This document shows, in pieces, positions 16,860-26,804 of a DNA stretch of 64,000 nucleotides. Below the pieces are notes generated by a model. The model made no database searches and was not told the DNA's origin. It saw only the letters and a program-made list of their open reading frames with translations. Position numbers and translations under genes: made by a program. Origin of the DNA: Eubacteriales bacterium (GTDB lineage: Bacteria > Bacillota > Clostridia > Oscillospirales > CAG-272); assembly GCA_045651985.1 (NCBI GenBank), contig JAZRTK010000026.1, forward strand, positions 173,102 through 237,101, read 5' to 3'. Every line of letters starts with the position of its first letter. Within the stretch, counting starts at the first letter, position 1.

Positions 16860-19800
16860 ATGAAGAATTTTAACAAAATTCTTGCTCTGGTGCTCGCTCT
16901 CATGATGCTCATCAGTGTAGTTGTAGTAGTTCCTGCAAGCGCTGCAGAAGTTACATTCAACACAACTGCTCTTGAGCGTCTTGTAAAGCTCGGCATCTAC
17001 AAGGGTTACGGCGCTAACGAGCTTGGCGAGAATGACGACGTAACTCGTGAGCAGATGGCAATGTTTGTTGCACGTGTTTCCACCGGTAAGGTTGCAAACG
17101 ACGCATGGGCAAACTTTGTTAACGACACACCTTTCAAGGACATCGCTGATCGTCCTGCAGTAAACATCGCAGCAATCGCTTACGCTTATGATGAGGGTAT
17201 CATCATCGGTAGATCCGCTGACGTGTTCGATCCTAAGGGCAACGTATCCTACCAGGAAGCGCTCACAATGGTAGTTCGTGCACTCGTTGGTTACGAAGAG
17301 ACAAAGAATCTCAAGTATCCTGAAGGCTTCATCAACGCAGCTATTAAGATGGGTCTCACAGAGGGCATCTCCGGCGTTGCATACGCTGACAAGGCAATCC
17401 GTGGCGTAACAGCTACAATCCTCTACAATGCACTCAATGTTGAGTATGTTGAGTGGAGCTGGGGTCCTTGGGAGCAGATCAACACATTTGCTAACAAGTT
17501 CAACCTTTCCACAGGTAAGTACATGCTCACATCTGTAACAGAGGAGCGTTACCTTACTTCTCTTGACGTTAAGAACGATAAGAAGCAGGAGTTCACTCAG
17601 ACATTCCCCGGCACAAACGCTTGTGTTGACGGCGACTACGTTGTATTCACAACTCTTAATGACGATGTAACTCTCGATGCAACAGCTGACAGAGTCGTTC
17701 TTGCAGCTGAGCTTGCTGATGACCTTGGTGCAGACCTCGCAAAGAAGATCGGCTACGTTTACGACCTCACATTCGAGGGCGAAAAGCTCGCATGGGTTGA
17801 CGAGTACGCTGGTACAACATACAAGGACTATGGTAAGACAGAGAACAAGATTACAACAACAACCGTTAAGGACGAGGGCGTTAACAAGACAGTTCTCGTT
17901 GTAGACAATCAGAAGTATGACAATACTGTTGATAAGGTTGATCTTGAGTCCAAGAACCCCACAAAGGTTTATGACCTCCGTCTCTTCGAGTACAACAAGA
18001 CCGCTATGGCGGACGGCGTTGCATTCGTAGCTAAGACTACTCTTGACGGCGTTAATGACAACAAGTTCCAGGAAGTTACTCTCTTCGATACCAACAAGGA
18101 CGGCATGTACGACTACGGTATCTATGCTCCTTACTACATTGGTAACCGTACCACAAAGAAGGATGGCAACAGCGTAGAGCACTTCAATATGCCTACAGCT
18201 GCTGATTATGATTTCCAGACAAAGACAAGCTCTTCTGTTGATACTAACTCTGCATACAACATGACAAAGAGCTGGAACCTCCAGGGCAACCTTACAAAGG
18301 TTTCCACATGGGATAGACTCTATGTTTACAAGGTTAACCCCGTTTCCATGGACATTGACGTTATCCAGGAACTTAAGCGTACAACTGTTGGTAGCCTGAC
18401 AAAGATCGTTAACGACGCTCTTACAGGCGCTCTTAAGACCGTTACAGTTGGCGGCAAGGAGTTTGCTAACATCAACGTGCTCACAGACGTTGACCTTAAG
18501 GGTGTTGAAGGCGCTATCGCGTTCGAATACGCTGACAGAATGCCTACAGAGCTTCGTGCTGCGAACCCTGTTGCAAGCTGGGAGGGCATTTTCGAGGATA
18601 TCATCGGTAATCCCGGATACGGCGAAATGCAGATCCACGAGCTCGCAGGCTACACTCTCATCGGCTGGCCTACTTTCGTTCGCAACTACAAGTTCGTAGC
18701 ATTCGACTGGGCTGACGCTGTATTCTCTATGGAGGATAATATCCTCGTTGTAGACCGCGCTCTTACAGATGCATCCGGTAACTACAAGAAGATCAAGATC
18801 GCTTCTATCGACAACGGTATAGGCGGTGTTGCATGCAAGACCTTCGACGCAATGGAGATCGAAGCATTCTTCAACACTATTGATGTTCTCTACGGTCCTC
18901 AGGCCGATCTCAACCAGTACAACATGTACTACAACGAAGCAAGACGTGCAGCTATCATGGCTACTGAAGAGTACGCTAAGCAGCTCCGTCTCAACATCAT
19001 GGAAGAGATCAACGGTGCAGTTGACGGAACACCTGAGTTCTATGCAATCACAGGTCAGGACGCAGCCGGCAACCTCAAGCTCACAGACGTTGACTATGAT
19101 AACCTCGCTCTCGTAAGCTACGCTACGAGCAAGCAGAACAACAATAGCACAGTTAAGACAAATACTATTGAGTTCATCAATGGTATTGCTAAGGGCCAGT
19201 TTGCTACAGATTCCCAGGATACAAAGATTGTTTCTAAGTCTTCCAACATCGTTGTTACAGATTCTACTGTATTCACGATCGTTGCAGCTGACGGTATCTT
19301 CACATTCACAGGTAAGCCCGACAACGGCGATAAGCTCGATCTCGTGAAGGCTACAACATTCCTTATCGCAGCTAACACTTCCGAGATCATGCTTGTTGAT
19401 ACAACTCGTTCCATCAACCAGATCGCTCAGGGCGACGTTGAGTACGTTGGCAAGTTCCTCACTGTTGACAACCAGTTCGAGAAGAAGGTAATCACAGACA
19501 CATGGGCATTCAACGCTAACACTAACAACTGTCCTCAGGGCTTCAAGTGGCTCGTTGACAACGCTTACCTCATCACATCTGATACTAAGCTTGAGACTGT
19601 TACACTTGACGGTGTAGTTATCTACACATACACTAACCTCTATGACCTCGTAGCTTGCAAGAATGTTGAAAAGACATTCACAAAGGCGCTTGACCTCACG
19701 ATCGGTAAGGTTGTTGTAGTTGACAGAGTTGCTGGTATCGTTGAAAACGCAACTCTCGCAAGCGTATTCCACGAATACGGTGCAAACAACGTTAACTGGA

Positions 19801-20021
19801 CAGAAGACACTTACGTTGGTAAGTTCGTATCCGGTTCTACTGTTGGTTACTACGAGTTCGCTAATGCTGGTAAGCTCATCGGCGTAACTCCCAGCTTCGT
19901 AATCATCACACGTACTTCCAGCAAGGTAACTGTTTCCACAACGATCGGTGACCTTAAGGAAGACGCAACCGTTTACTACACATTGGTTAACGGTGTTCCC
20001 ACAGGTTACGCTATCCAGTAA
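16860..20021 (+). CDS. S-layer protein with signal peptide and three N-terminal SLH domains
   Basis: Signal peptide ..VPASA/AE. SLH-like segments at aa ~33-195. Strong codon bias. RBS GAAGGAGA. Confidence 0.85.
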   Translation: MKNFNKILALVLALMMLISVVVVVPASAAEVTFNTTALERLVKLGIYKGYGANELGENDDVTREQMAMFVARVSTGKVANDAWANFVNDTPFKDIADRPAVNIAAIAYAYDEGIIIGRSADVFDPKGNVSYQEALTMVVRALVGYEETKNLKYPEGFINAAIKMGLTEGISGVAYADKAIRGVTATILYNALNVEYVEWSWGPWEQINTFANKFNLSTGKYMLTSVTEERYLTSLDVKNDKKQEFTQTFPGTNACVDGDYVVFTTLNDDVTLDATADRVVLAAELADDLGADLAKKIGYVYDLTFEGEKLAWVDEYAGTTYKDYGKTENKITTTTVKDEGVNKTVLVVDNQKYDNTVDKVDLESKNPTKVYDLRLFEYNKTAMADGVAFVAKTTLDGVNDNKFQEVTLFDTNKDGMYDYGIYAPYYIGNRTTKKDGNSVEHFNMPTAADYDFQTKTSSSVDTNSAYNMTKSWNLQGNLTKVSTWDRLYVYKVNPVSMDIDVIQELKRTTVGSLTKIVNDALTGALKTVTVGGKEFANINVLTDVDLKGVEGAIAFEYADRMPTELRAANPVASWEGIFEDIIGNPGYGEMQIHELAGYTLIGWPTFVRNYKFVAFDWADAVFSMEDNILVVDRALTDASGNYKKIKIASIDNGIGGVACKTFDAMEIEAFFNTIDVLYGPQADLNQYNMYYNEARRAAIMATEEYAKQLRLNIMEEINGAVDGTPEFYAITGQDAAGNLKLTDVDYDNLALVSYATSKQNNNSTVKTNTIEFINGIAKGQFATDSQDTKIVSKSSNIVVTDSTVFTIVAADGIFTFTGKPDNGDKLDLVKATTFLIAANTSEIMLVDTTRSINQIAQGDVEYVGKFLTVDNQFEKKVITDTWAFNANTNNCPQGFKWLVDNAYLITSDTKLETVTLDGVVIYTYTNLYDLVACKNVEKTFTKALDLTIGKVVVVDRVAGIVENATLASVFHEYGANNVNWTEDTYVGKFVSGSTVGYYEFANAGKLIGVTPSFVIITRTSSKVTVSTTIGDLKEDATVYYTLVNGVPTGYAIQ

Positions 20022-20054
20022 TCAAAAACAGTTAAAGTTAGTTAAATAACTTTG

Positions 20055-20090
20055 GGGCAGTCCCTTCGGGGACTGCCCTTTTGCCTTTTG
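20055..20090 (+). terminator. Terminator of the S-layer gene
   Basis: GGGCAGTCCC-TTCG-GGGACTGCCC followed by TTTT. Confidence 0.85.
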
Positions 20091-20122
20091 ATTTTGGGGT
20101 ACGCCCCCTTTTCAACGGGGCA

Positions 20123-20156
20123 TGAAAAGTCCCCCGAGGGATCAGTCCCTCGGGGG
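20123..20156 (-). terminator. Terminator of feoAB
   Basis: CCCCCGAGGG-loop-CCCTCGGGGG with a T-run on the minus strand. Confidence 0.7.
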
Positions 20157-20188
20157 ATAAATTTTATTTTCCAACTTGAAAGTAAGAA

Positions 20189-22525
20189 TCAGGTACTTCC
20201 TATAACATATACGCCGTAGGCGCAGATCCACGCCAAAGCGCACTGAAGAATTACGACTCCCGCCGACCATTTCGCGCCAAGCTCACGCTTAATGGAGGCA
20301 ACAGCCGCCACGCAAGGGGTGTAGAGCAGACAGAAGGTAAGAAGTGCGGCGGCAGCCGCAGGAGTAAGTACGGCTTTGAGAGCTTCTCCCGAGCCGAAAA
20401 GTACCGTCAGGGTCGAAACAACGCTCTCCTTTGCCATAAATCCTGTAACAAGAGCCGTGGAGAACCGCCAGTCCCCAAAGCCGAGAGGTGCGAATATGGG
20501 GGCGACGAAGCCGGAAAGTACGGCTAAAATACTGTCCCTTGAGTCCTGGACCACGCGGAATGTGGGGCTGAAAGACTGCAAGAACCAGATAAGAACGGTG
20601 GCAACAAAAATGAACGTAAATGCCCTCTGCAAAAAGTCCTTTGCTTTCTCCCAAAGGAGTCGGAGGACGTTTTTGGCGGCGGGCATACGGTAGTTGGGAA
20701 GCTCCATTACAAAGGGGACTGCCTCGCCGCGAAAAAGCGTACCGCGAAAGACCAGTGCTGTCAAAATGCCCACGACGATTCCGCCGAAGTAAAGAATGAT
20801 CACTGCCGCGGCTGTGTACCCGGGGAAGAACGTATTTGCAAGAAAGCCGTAAATGGGAAGCTTTGCACTGCAACTCATAAAAGGCGTGAGCAGTACGGTC
20901 ATTTTACGGTCGCGTTCAGAGGGAAGTGTGCGGCTCGCCATGACACCGGGAACGGTACAGCCAAAGCCGATGAGCATGGGGACGATGCTTCGCCCCGAAA
21001 GACCGATCTTGCGCAAAAGTTTGTCCATGATAAAGGCAACCCGAGCCATGTAGCCGCTGTCTTCAAGTATGGAAAGGAAGAAAAACAGGGTGACTATGGT
21101 CGGCAGGAAGGAAAGCACGCTTCCCACACCTCCGAAAATGGCGTCGATCACCAGAGAATGTATTGTTTCGTTTACTTTAAGCGAGGTCAAAAGACTGTCT
21201 GTGGCGTCTGTCAGCGCGCTGATGCCAAGCTCGGTCAGATTTGACAGAGCCAGACCCAAAACGCCAAACGTTAAGTAGAACACCGTCGCCATAATTGCGA
21301 CAAAGCAGGGGATAGCGGTGTATTTGCCCGTGAGCACTCGGTCGATACGGCGGCTTCGCAGGTGGGACTTGCTTTCCTTGGGCTTTACTACCGTATCGAC
21401 GCAAATCTTGTTGATAAACGAGAATCTCATATCGGCAATTGCCGCCGCGCGGTCAAGACCGCGTTCCTGCTCCATCTGACAGATGATGTGCTCGATCATT
21501 TCCTTCTCGTTTTCATCAAGGGACAACTGCTCGGCAATAAGCGTCTCGCCCTCTGCCAGCTTGGTTGCGGCAAATCGAACGGGAATACCCGCCGCCTGTG
21601 CGTGGTCTTCGATCAAATGCATGATTCCGTGAAGACAGCGGTGTACGGCACCTCCCTTGTCGGTGGCATCGCAAAAGTCCTGTCTGCCCGGTCTTTCCTG
21701 GTAACGCGTAACGTGGAGCGCGTGTGAGACCAGCTCGTCGATACCCTCGTTTTTCGCCGCCGAAATGGGAACTACGGGAATGCCGAGGGCGGATTCCATC
21801 TCATTTATGCGAATGGCACCGCCGTTTTCCCTTACCTCGTCCATCATATTAAGAGCCAGCACCATAGGAATGTCAAGCTCCATTAACTGCATGGTCAGAT
21901 AGAGGTTACGCTCAATGTTGGTAGCGTCAACAATGTTTATAATGCCTTTTGGGTGGCTTTCAAGTATAAAATTCCGCGAGACTATCTCCTCGCTTGAATA
22001 AGGGGACATTGAGTATATTCCGGGGAGGTCTGTAACGAGCGTGTCGGGCTTTCCCTTGATGGCTCCGTCCTTGCGGTCGACTGTCACGCCCGGGAAATTG
22101 CCCACGTGCTGGTTTGAGCCTGTGAGTTGGTTAAAAAGAGTGGTCTTTCCGCAGTTCTGGTTACCCGCTAAAGCAAAGGACAGCACCGAGCCGTCGGGTA
22201 AGGGGTCTCCGTCGCCCTTGACGTGGTACTTTCCGTCCTCCCCAAGACCCGGGTGGTGTATCAGACGTTTTCTTTGGGGAGCAGACTCGTGTACTTCGTC
22301 CTCGGCAGGCTCAATTTTGATGTTTTCCGCCTCAGCCAGACGCAGGGTCAGCTCGTAGCTGTTCACACGAACTTCCACGGGGTCGCCCATGGGGGCGTAT
22401 TTCACCATGGTAAGGCGTGCGCTCGGGATAAGACCCATGTCAAGAAGGTGCTGGCGCAGAGCGCCCTCGCCTTCTACCGACAGAATTCTGCCGGATTTTC
22501 CGATTTCCAGTTCTTTCAGTGTCAT
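20189..22525 (-). CDS. feoB: Ferrous iron transporter, FeoA domain fused to FeoB
   Basis: N-terminal ~75 aa is FeoA-like. Then the G domain GNQNCGKTTLFNQLTG and a polytopic C-terminus. Confidence 0.9.
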   Translation of the reverse strand: MTLKELEIGKSGRILSVEGEGALRQHLLDMGLIPSARLTMVKYAPMGDPVEVRVNSYELTLRLAEAENIKIEPAEDEVHESAPQRKRLIHHPGLGEDGKYHVKGDGDPLPDGSVLSFALAGNQNCGKTTLFNQLTGSNQHVGNFPGVTVDRKDGAIKGKPDTLVTDLPGIYSMSPYSSEEIVSRNFILESHPKGIINIVDATNIERNLYLTMQLMELDIPMVLALNMMDEVRENGGAIRINEMESALGIPVVPISAAKNEGIDELVSHALHVTRYQERPGRQDFCDATDKGGAVHRCLHGIMHLIEDHAQAAGIPVRFAATKLAEGETLIAEQLSLDENEKEMIEHIICQMEQERGLDRAAAIADMRFSFINKICVDTVVKPKESKSHLRSRRIDRVLTGKYTAIPCFVAIMATVFYLTFGVLGLALSNLTELGISALTDATDSLLTSLKVNETIHSLVIDAIFGGVGSVLSFLPTIVTLFFFLSILEDSGYMARVAFIMDKLLRKIGLSGRSIVPMLIGFGCTVPGVMASRTLPSERDRKMTVLLTPFMSCSAKLPIYGFLANTFFPGYTAAAVIILYFGGIVVGILTALVFRGTLFRGEAVPFVMELPNYRMPAAKNVLRLLWEKAKDFLQRAFTFIFVATVLIWFLQSFSPTFRVVQDSRDSILAVLSGFVAPIFAPLGFGDWRFSTALVTGFMAKESVVSTLTVLFGSGEALKAVLTPAAAAALLTFCLLYTPCVAAVASIKRELGAKWSAGVVILQCALAWICAYGVYVIGST

Positions 22526-22545
22526 AAATGACTCTCCGTTTCTAT

Positions 22546-22561
22546 GTATGCGCCCGCATAC
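22546..22561. promoter_or_regulatory. 7+2+7 palindrome in the feoAB leader
   Basis: GTATGCG-CC-CGCATAC between the predicted -10 and the RBS. Confidence 0.35.
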
Positions 22562-22567
22562 GCGTAG

Positions 22568-22596
22568 ATTATATCACAATTTAGTTGAATTTACAA
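22568..22596 (-). promoter_or_regulatory. feoAB promoter
   Basis: TTGTAA-17 nt-TATAAT with TGaTATAAT. Confidence 0.6.
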
Positions 22597-22625
22597 CTAT
22601 TTTAGACTCTAATTGAGAAAATTTA

Positions 22626-22654
22626 TTGACAATTTTTTACTAAAATGATATAAT
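22626..22654 (+). promoter_or_regulatory. Consensus promoter of the DMT-like gene
   Basis: TTGACA-17 nt-TATAAT. Confidence 0.7.
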
Positions 22655-22688
22655 TTGTCTTGAATTCCACAAAGGAGGTACAAAATTT

Positions 22689-23621
22689 ATGTGGTTTTTT
22701 TTCGTAATCTTCACGACCGTTATGTGGGGCGTAGCCGACCTGTTCTACAAAAAGGGTGCTGACGAGTCCGACAGATACAGTCATCTGAAAACAACGATGG
22801 CAGTGGGCGTTGTGATGGGTCTTTACGCCACCTACATGATAACTCTCGGCGGCGTTGATTTCCACCCCGTGAATTTGCTTATGTACCTGCCCGTTTCCGC
22901 CATGTATATCCTTTCGATGGCAATAGGATATTTTGGCTTGCGTTATCTTGACCTTTCTATTTCGTCACCGATTCAAAACGCTTCGGGCGCGGTATCTGCA
23001 ATTCTCTGTCTTGTTTTCTTGCAGCAGGTACCCGACATACCTACGTCGATCGCGATAGTAGTGATTTGTATAGGCGTTATCATGCTGGGCGTTTTTGAAA
23101 AGCAGGATATTGACAAGTGCGCCCTTGAGGGTGAGAAAAAGTACAGAATCGGCATCGTTGCTTTCTTTATGCCCATTCTTTACTGCATCATCGACTCTTT
23201 GGGCACGTTCTTTGACGCCTACTACCTTGACGACGTGACAACGACGCCTTTGCGGCACGTGACCGAGGACAACTTTGAGGACGTTGCAAACGTAGCTTAT
23301 ATGTATACGTTCTTTATCGTTGCGGTCGTTATCTTTGTATTCCTGAAGATCAAGGGCGAGAAGATCTCCCTGCCAAAGGGTAAGAACCGAATTTTTGCTG
23401 CGGTAGCCGAGACGGCAGGTCAGGTGACCTACGTTTACGCTATCGGCGGCAGCGGTGTTGTGGCAGGTCCCGTTATCGCGTCCTACTGCATCGTTTCCAT
23501 GATACTGTCTCGCATTTTCTTAAAGGAAAAGCTGACTCTAAAGCAGTACGCTATGATAGCCCTCGTTGTTCTTGGTATCATCACTCTTGGTGTCATCGAC
23601 GGCATCAACGGCGACCTTTAA
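22689..23621 (+). CDS. DMT-superfamily (EamA-like) membrane transporter
   Basis: 310 aa, ~10 hydrophobic segments in two halves. RBS AAAGGAGG. Confidence 0.5.
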   Translation: MWFFFVIFTTVMWGVADLFYKKGADESDRYSHLKTTMAVGVVMGLYATYMITLGGVDFHPVNLLMYLPVSAMYILSMAIGYFGLRYLDLSISSPIQNASGAVSAILCLVFLQQVPDIPTSIAIVVICIGVIMLGVFEKQDIDKCALEGEKKYRIGIVAFFMPILYCIIDSLGTFFDAYYLDDVTTTPLRHVTEDNFEDVANVAYMYTFFIVAVVIFVFLKIKGEKISLPKGKNRIFAAVAETAGQVTYVYAIGGSGVVAGPVIASYCIVSMILSRIFLKEKLTLKQYAMIALVVLGIITLGVIDGINGDL

Positions 23622-23676
23622 AAAAAGAATATTTTTGCCATTTCAAGGGAAAACTGTCTGACAGACGAGGTATTTT

Positions 23677-24531
23677 ATGAGTATATCCGTAAAACTGATT
23701 AAGATGTCAAATAAAATATTCAAGAAACAGCTCCACCCGTTTAACATGCAGAACGACGGGGTCATGACCTACGCCCGCTGGCAGTTTGAAAAGGGTCACG
23801 AAACGGTGAAGCACTTTATGTCAAAGTACACCGAGAAAGAAATGTTCGAGGGCAAGGACGTTCTTGACATGGGCTGCGGCGCGGCGGGAAAGAGCCTTTA
23901 CTACGTAAAGTGCGGGGCTCGCCACGTAACGGGTGCGGAAATTGTTGCTCATTACGAGTCCGAGGCAAACGATCTGGCATCACAGCTTGGATACGGCGAC
24001 AGATTTACCTTTGTATGCGCATCGGCTTATAAATTACCTTTTGAGGATAATTCCTTTGACACTATAATCATGAACGATTTCATGGAGCACGTTGACCGTC
24101 CCGAGGCGGCATTAAGTGAGGCTCTGCGGCTCATTCGTTCGGACGGAAGGATATATATAAACTTCCCGCCTTACTATCATCCCTTCGGCTTCCATATGAG
24201 TGACGCTGTAAATATGCCCTGGTGCCATGCTTTTTTCTCGGAAAAAGCGTTGATTGAGGCTTATAAAGAGCTGGTGGACGACCTGCCCGACCGCGACACA
24301 CGCCTTGCGTTCCGATTCACCGAGGGAGAGGACGGGGTCACAAGGTACACTTATATCAACAAAATGACCTTGAAACGCTTTAAAAAGATGCTGAAGACAA
24401 TGGGAATTAAGCCCGTTTGGTACAGCGAAGTCCCCCTGCGCTCGGTGCTCAAACCTCTTGCAAGGTTGCCATTTTTGCGGGAATTTTTTGTAAAAATGGC
24501 GGTCTGCGCCATTTCAGGCGAAAGTAAATAA
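23677..24531 (+). CDS. Class I SAM-dependent methyltransferase
   Basis: VLDMGCGAAGKS motif I, IIMNDFMEHV motif. Confidence 0.7.
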   Translation: MSISVKLIKMSNKIFKKQLHPFNMQNDGVMTYARWQFEKGHETVKHFMSKYTEKEMFEGKDVLDMGCGAAGKSLYYVKCGARHVTGAEIVAHYESEANDLASQLGYGDRFTFVCASAYKLPFEDNSFDTIIMNDFMEHVDRPEAALSEALRLIRSDGRIYINFPPYYHPFGFHMSDAVNMPWCHAFFSEKALIEAYKELVDDLPDRDTRLAFRFTEGEDGVTRYTYINKMTLKRFKKMLKTMGIKPVWYSEVPLRSVLKPLARLPFLREFFVKMAVCAISGESK

Positions 24532-24532
24532 T

Positions 24533-24564
24533 AAAAAAGAGACTGCGTTGCAGTCTCTTTTTTA
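24533..24564. terminator. Bidirectional terminator
   Basis: AGAGACTGC-loop-GCAGTCTCT flanked by an A-run and a T-run. Confidence 0.75.
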
Positions 24565-25311
24565 TATAAGCACCGAGATGAGTATCATTGAGCAAAATCC
24601 GAAAAGCAATGCGTAGGCAGGAGACTTGTCGCTTCCGTCGGCGTGAATTTCGGGGATCATCTCGTCGCTGATAACGTGGAGCATCGTGCCGCCCGCAAAG
24701 GCAAGAATGAACGGGAGCGCTGTGCTGGCGATACCAATGGTGAAGTACCCAAGAAAAGTGCCGACGACCTCAACCGCGCCCGTAAAAAGCGCGATTGCAA
24801 GAGTTTTGCCGCGGCTTGTTCCCGCCGCCAAAAGCGGCGCAATTATGACCATTCCCTCGGGAATGTTTTGCAGGGCTATTCCCCATACCACCGCCAGAGC
24901 GTCGGCGGTGTTGCCCGTACCAAAGCTTACCCCCGCCGCAATTCCTTCGGGCAGGTTGTGGACGGCGATAGCAAGCACGAAAAGCATTACAGAATCGAGC
25001 TGTTCGGACGGCTTCGCGCTCGTCTGCCCCAAGGCAAAGCGCTCAAGGCAAGGTACAAAGCGATTTACCGCATTGAGAAAAAAAGCGCCTGTCAGAATGC
25101 CAGCCGTTACCGCGGCGGCAATCAAAAGCCCGCCGCCCTCAAGGGCGGGCTGAATAAGTCCAAAGGCTGATGCCGAGAGCATGACTCCTGCCGCAAAGCC
25201 TAAAATTATGTTGTTGAAACGGCTCGGGATCTTTTTGAAAATAAAGCCCGCCAAGGCTCCCGCCATAGTGGCGCCGCCTACCCCGAATGCCGCTAAAATT
25301 ACGATTATCAT
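24562..25311 (-). CDS. ZIP-family metal cation transporter (ZupT-like)
   Basis: 249 aa. HNLPEGIA and QNIPEGM motifs. Confidence 0.8.
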   Translation of the reverse strand: MIIVILAAFGVGGATMAGALAGFIFKKIPSRFNNIILGFAAGVMLSASAFGLIQPALEGGGLLIAAAVTAGILTGAFFLNAVNRFVPCLERFALGQTSAKPSEQLDSVMLFVLAIAVHNLPEGIAAGVSFGTGNTADALAVVWGIALQNIPEGMVIIAPLLAAGTSRGKTLAIALFTGAVEVVGTFLGYFTIGIASTALPFILAFAGGTMLHVISDEMIPEIHADGSDKSPAYALLFGFCSMILISVLI

Positions 25312-25461
25312 TTAAAACCTCCGCGGTGAGAAGTCACCGCTCATTACATTTTATGCCTGAGTGCGGGGCGGTGTCACGCGAGGGTCGAATTTTGTCTATT
25401 TTGACATTCAAATGTGCCGAGGCAGGGTAAAAGTTTGGCAGATTTTGAGTGCAAATTTGTG

Positions 25462-25490
25462 TTGCAAAAACCCGTTGGCGGTTGTATAAT
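25462..25490 (+). promoter_or_regulatory. Promoter of the permease gene
   Basis: TTGCAA-17 nt-TATAAT. It lies inside the track's extended ORF. Confidence 0.6.
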
Positions 25491-25530
25491 ATCACAGGAT
25501 AAAAAATTGAATTTTAAAAGAGGAAAAGGC

Positions 25531-26652
25531 ATGAATCGCGCTACGGCTTACAAGAAAATAGTTGAGTTTGAGAAAAAGAACGCTGTGACCGTTATCGCTT
25601 TCATAGCGGCGGTGCTGACAATGCTTATCGTTCCTCCTGACCGCACCTATTCGGGGTATTTTGATTTCAAGACCCTCACCTGCCTTTTCTGCACCCTTGC
25701 CATCGTCTGCGCTCTAAAAAACATACGATTCTTCTATATGCTCGCGCGTAAAATTGTTCAGCTTTGCAGGACCGCAAGACTTTCCGTGCTTGCGTTGACA
25801 TACATTACTTTTATCGGGTCGATGCTGATAGCAAACGACATGGCGCTCCTGACCTTTTTGCCGCTGGGATACATCGTTCTGACCACCACCGACAAGCAGA
25901 AATACATGGCATTCACATTCGTTATGCAGAATATTGCCGCCAATCTCGGGGGTATGCTGACACCCTTCGGAAATCCCCAAAACCTTTATCTTTATACGAA
26001 GTTCAACATTCCTACGGGCGACTTTATGTCGATCATGGCCCTTCCCTTTGCCGTTTCGGTGGCACTTATCACCCTTTGCTGTATAATTTTCGTGCGTCCC
26101 GAGCCGCTGGAAATCTCGGATGAGGCAATAACGCTTGAGCCCCGCAGAACGGCTCTTTATCTGGCACTTTTCGCTTTTTCTATCATTATCGTGTTTCGGA
26201 TCGTGCCCTATTGGCTGGGGCTTGTCATAATCCCTCTGGCGCTTCTGTTCTTTGACAGAAAAGCACTTGAAATGGTGGATTATCCTCTGCTTTTGACCTT
26301 CGTTTTCTTCTTTGTTTTCGCGGGAAACATGGCACGCATAGGTGTTGTGAGAGACCTTCTGTCCTCGCTTCTTGAAAAAAGCACCCTGCTTTTCAGCACC
26401 CTTTCCTGCCAGTTTATTTCAAACGTACCTTCGGCGATCTTGCTCTCGCAGTTTACTGATAATTACCGCGAGCTCCTTTTAGGTGTTAACATCGGCGGCA
26501 CGGGAACGCTTATATCATCCCTTGCAAGCCTTATTACCTTCCGCGAATATATTCGCCACAATCCCCAGCGTGCAGGTTATTACATTGCCGTTTTCTCGGC
26601 GTTTAATTTTGCTTTTTTGATAATTCTTACCGCTGTGGCGTATTTTATGTAA
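25531..26652 (+). CDS. ArsB/NhaD-superfamily anion permease (YbiR/citrate-transporter-like)
   Basis: Polytopic protein. ATG 25531 with RBS AAGAGGAAAAGG; the upstream GTG 25414 lies before the promoter. Confidence 0.5.
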   Translation: MNRATAYKKIVEFEKKNAVTVIAFIAAVLTMLIVPPDRTYSGYFDFKTLTCLFCTLAIVCALKNIRFFYMLARKIVQLCRTARLSVLALTYITFIGSMLIANDMALLTFLPLGYIVLTTTDKQKYMAFTFVMQNIAANLGGMLTPFGNPQNLYLYTKFNIPTGDFMSIMALPFAVSVALITLCCIIFVRPEPLEISDEAITLEPRRTALYLALFAFSIIIVFRIVPYWLGLVIIPLALLFFDRKALEMVDYPLLLTFVFFFVFAGNMARIGVVRDLLSSLLEKSTLLFSTLSCQFISNVPSAILLSQFTDNYRELLLGVNIGGTGTLISSLASLITFREYIRHNPQRAGYYIAVFSAFNFAFLIILTAVAYFM

Positions 26653-26663
26653 AATACCCAGCA

Positions 26664-26799
26664 CCAAACTATAAATCAAAAAACGATGGCTGAGCGCCAT
26701 CGTTTTTTATATGGATCTTATGAAGACAAAACGTCTGTACCAAATCCCCTTTTTTAAAGGTTTTGGGGGTTAAAGGGGGCTTTTTCAAAAGCCCCCTTG
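26664..26799 (-). repeat. Two-hairpin 3'-end cassette, copy C (expanded)
   Basis: Minus strand: GGGGGCTTTTGAAAAAGCCCCC..CCCCCAAAAC..~45-nt insert..AAAAAACGATGGC-GCTCA-GCCATCGTTTTTT. Starts 6 nt after the tpiA stop. Confidence 0.8.
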
Positions 26800-26804
26800 T
26801 TATT

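Noticed and set aside
16818-19772. 984-aa Cys/Val-rich ORF antisense to the S-layer gene
   Set aside because: It is a shadow ORF. The sense gene avoids TTA/CTA/TCA codons, so one antisense frame lacks stops. There is no RBS, the composition is implausible, and it is fully overlapped by a well-supported SLH protein gene.
25312-25413. Hairpin GCGGTGA-CTTC-TCACCGC abutting the RBS of the ZIP transporter gene, considered as a metal riboswitch or Zur box
   Set aside because: The predicted promoter (GTGACA-18-TAAAAT) leaves a leader too short for a riboswitch. Only a half-site-like AAATGTAAT is present, with no Zur dyad.
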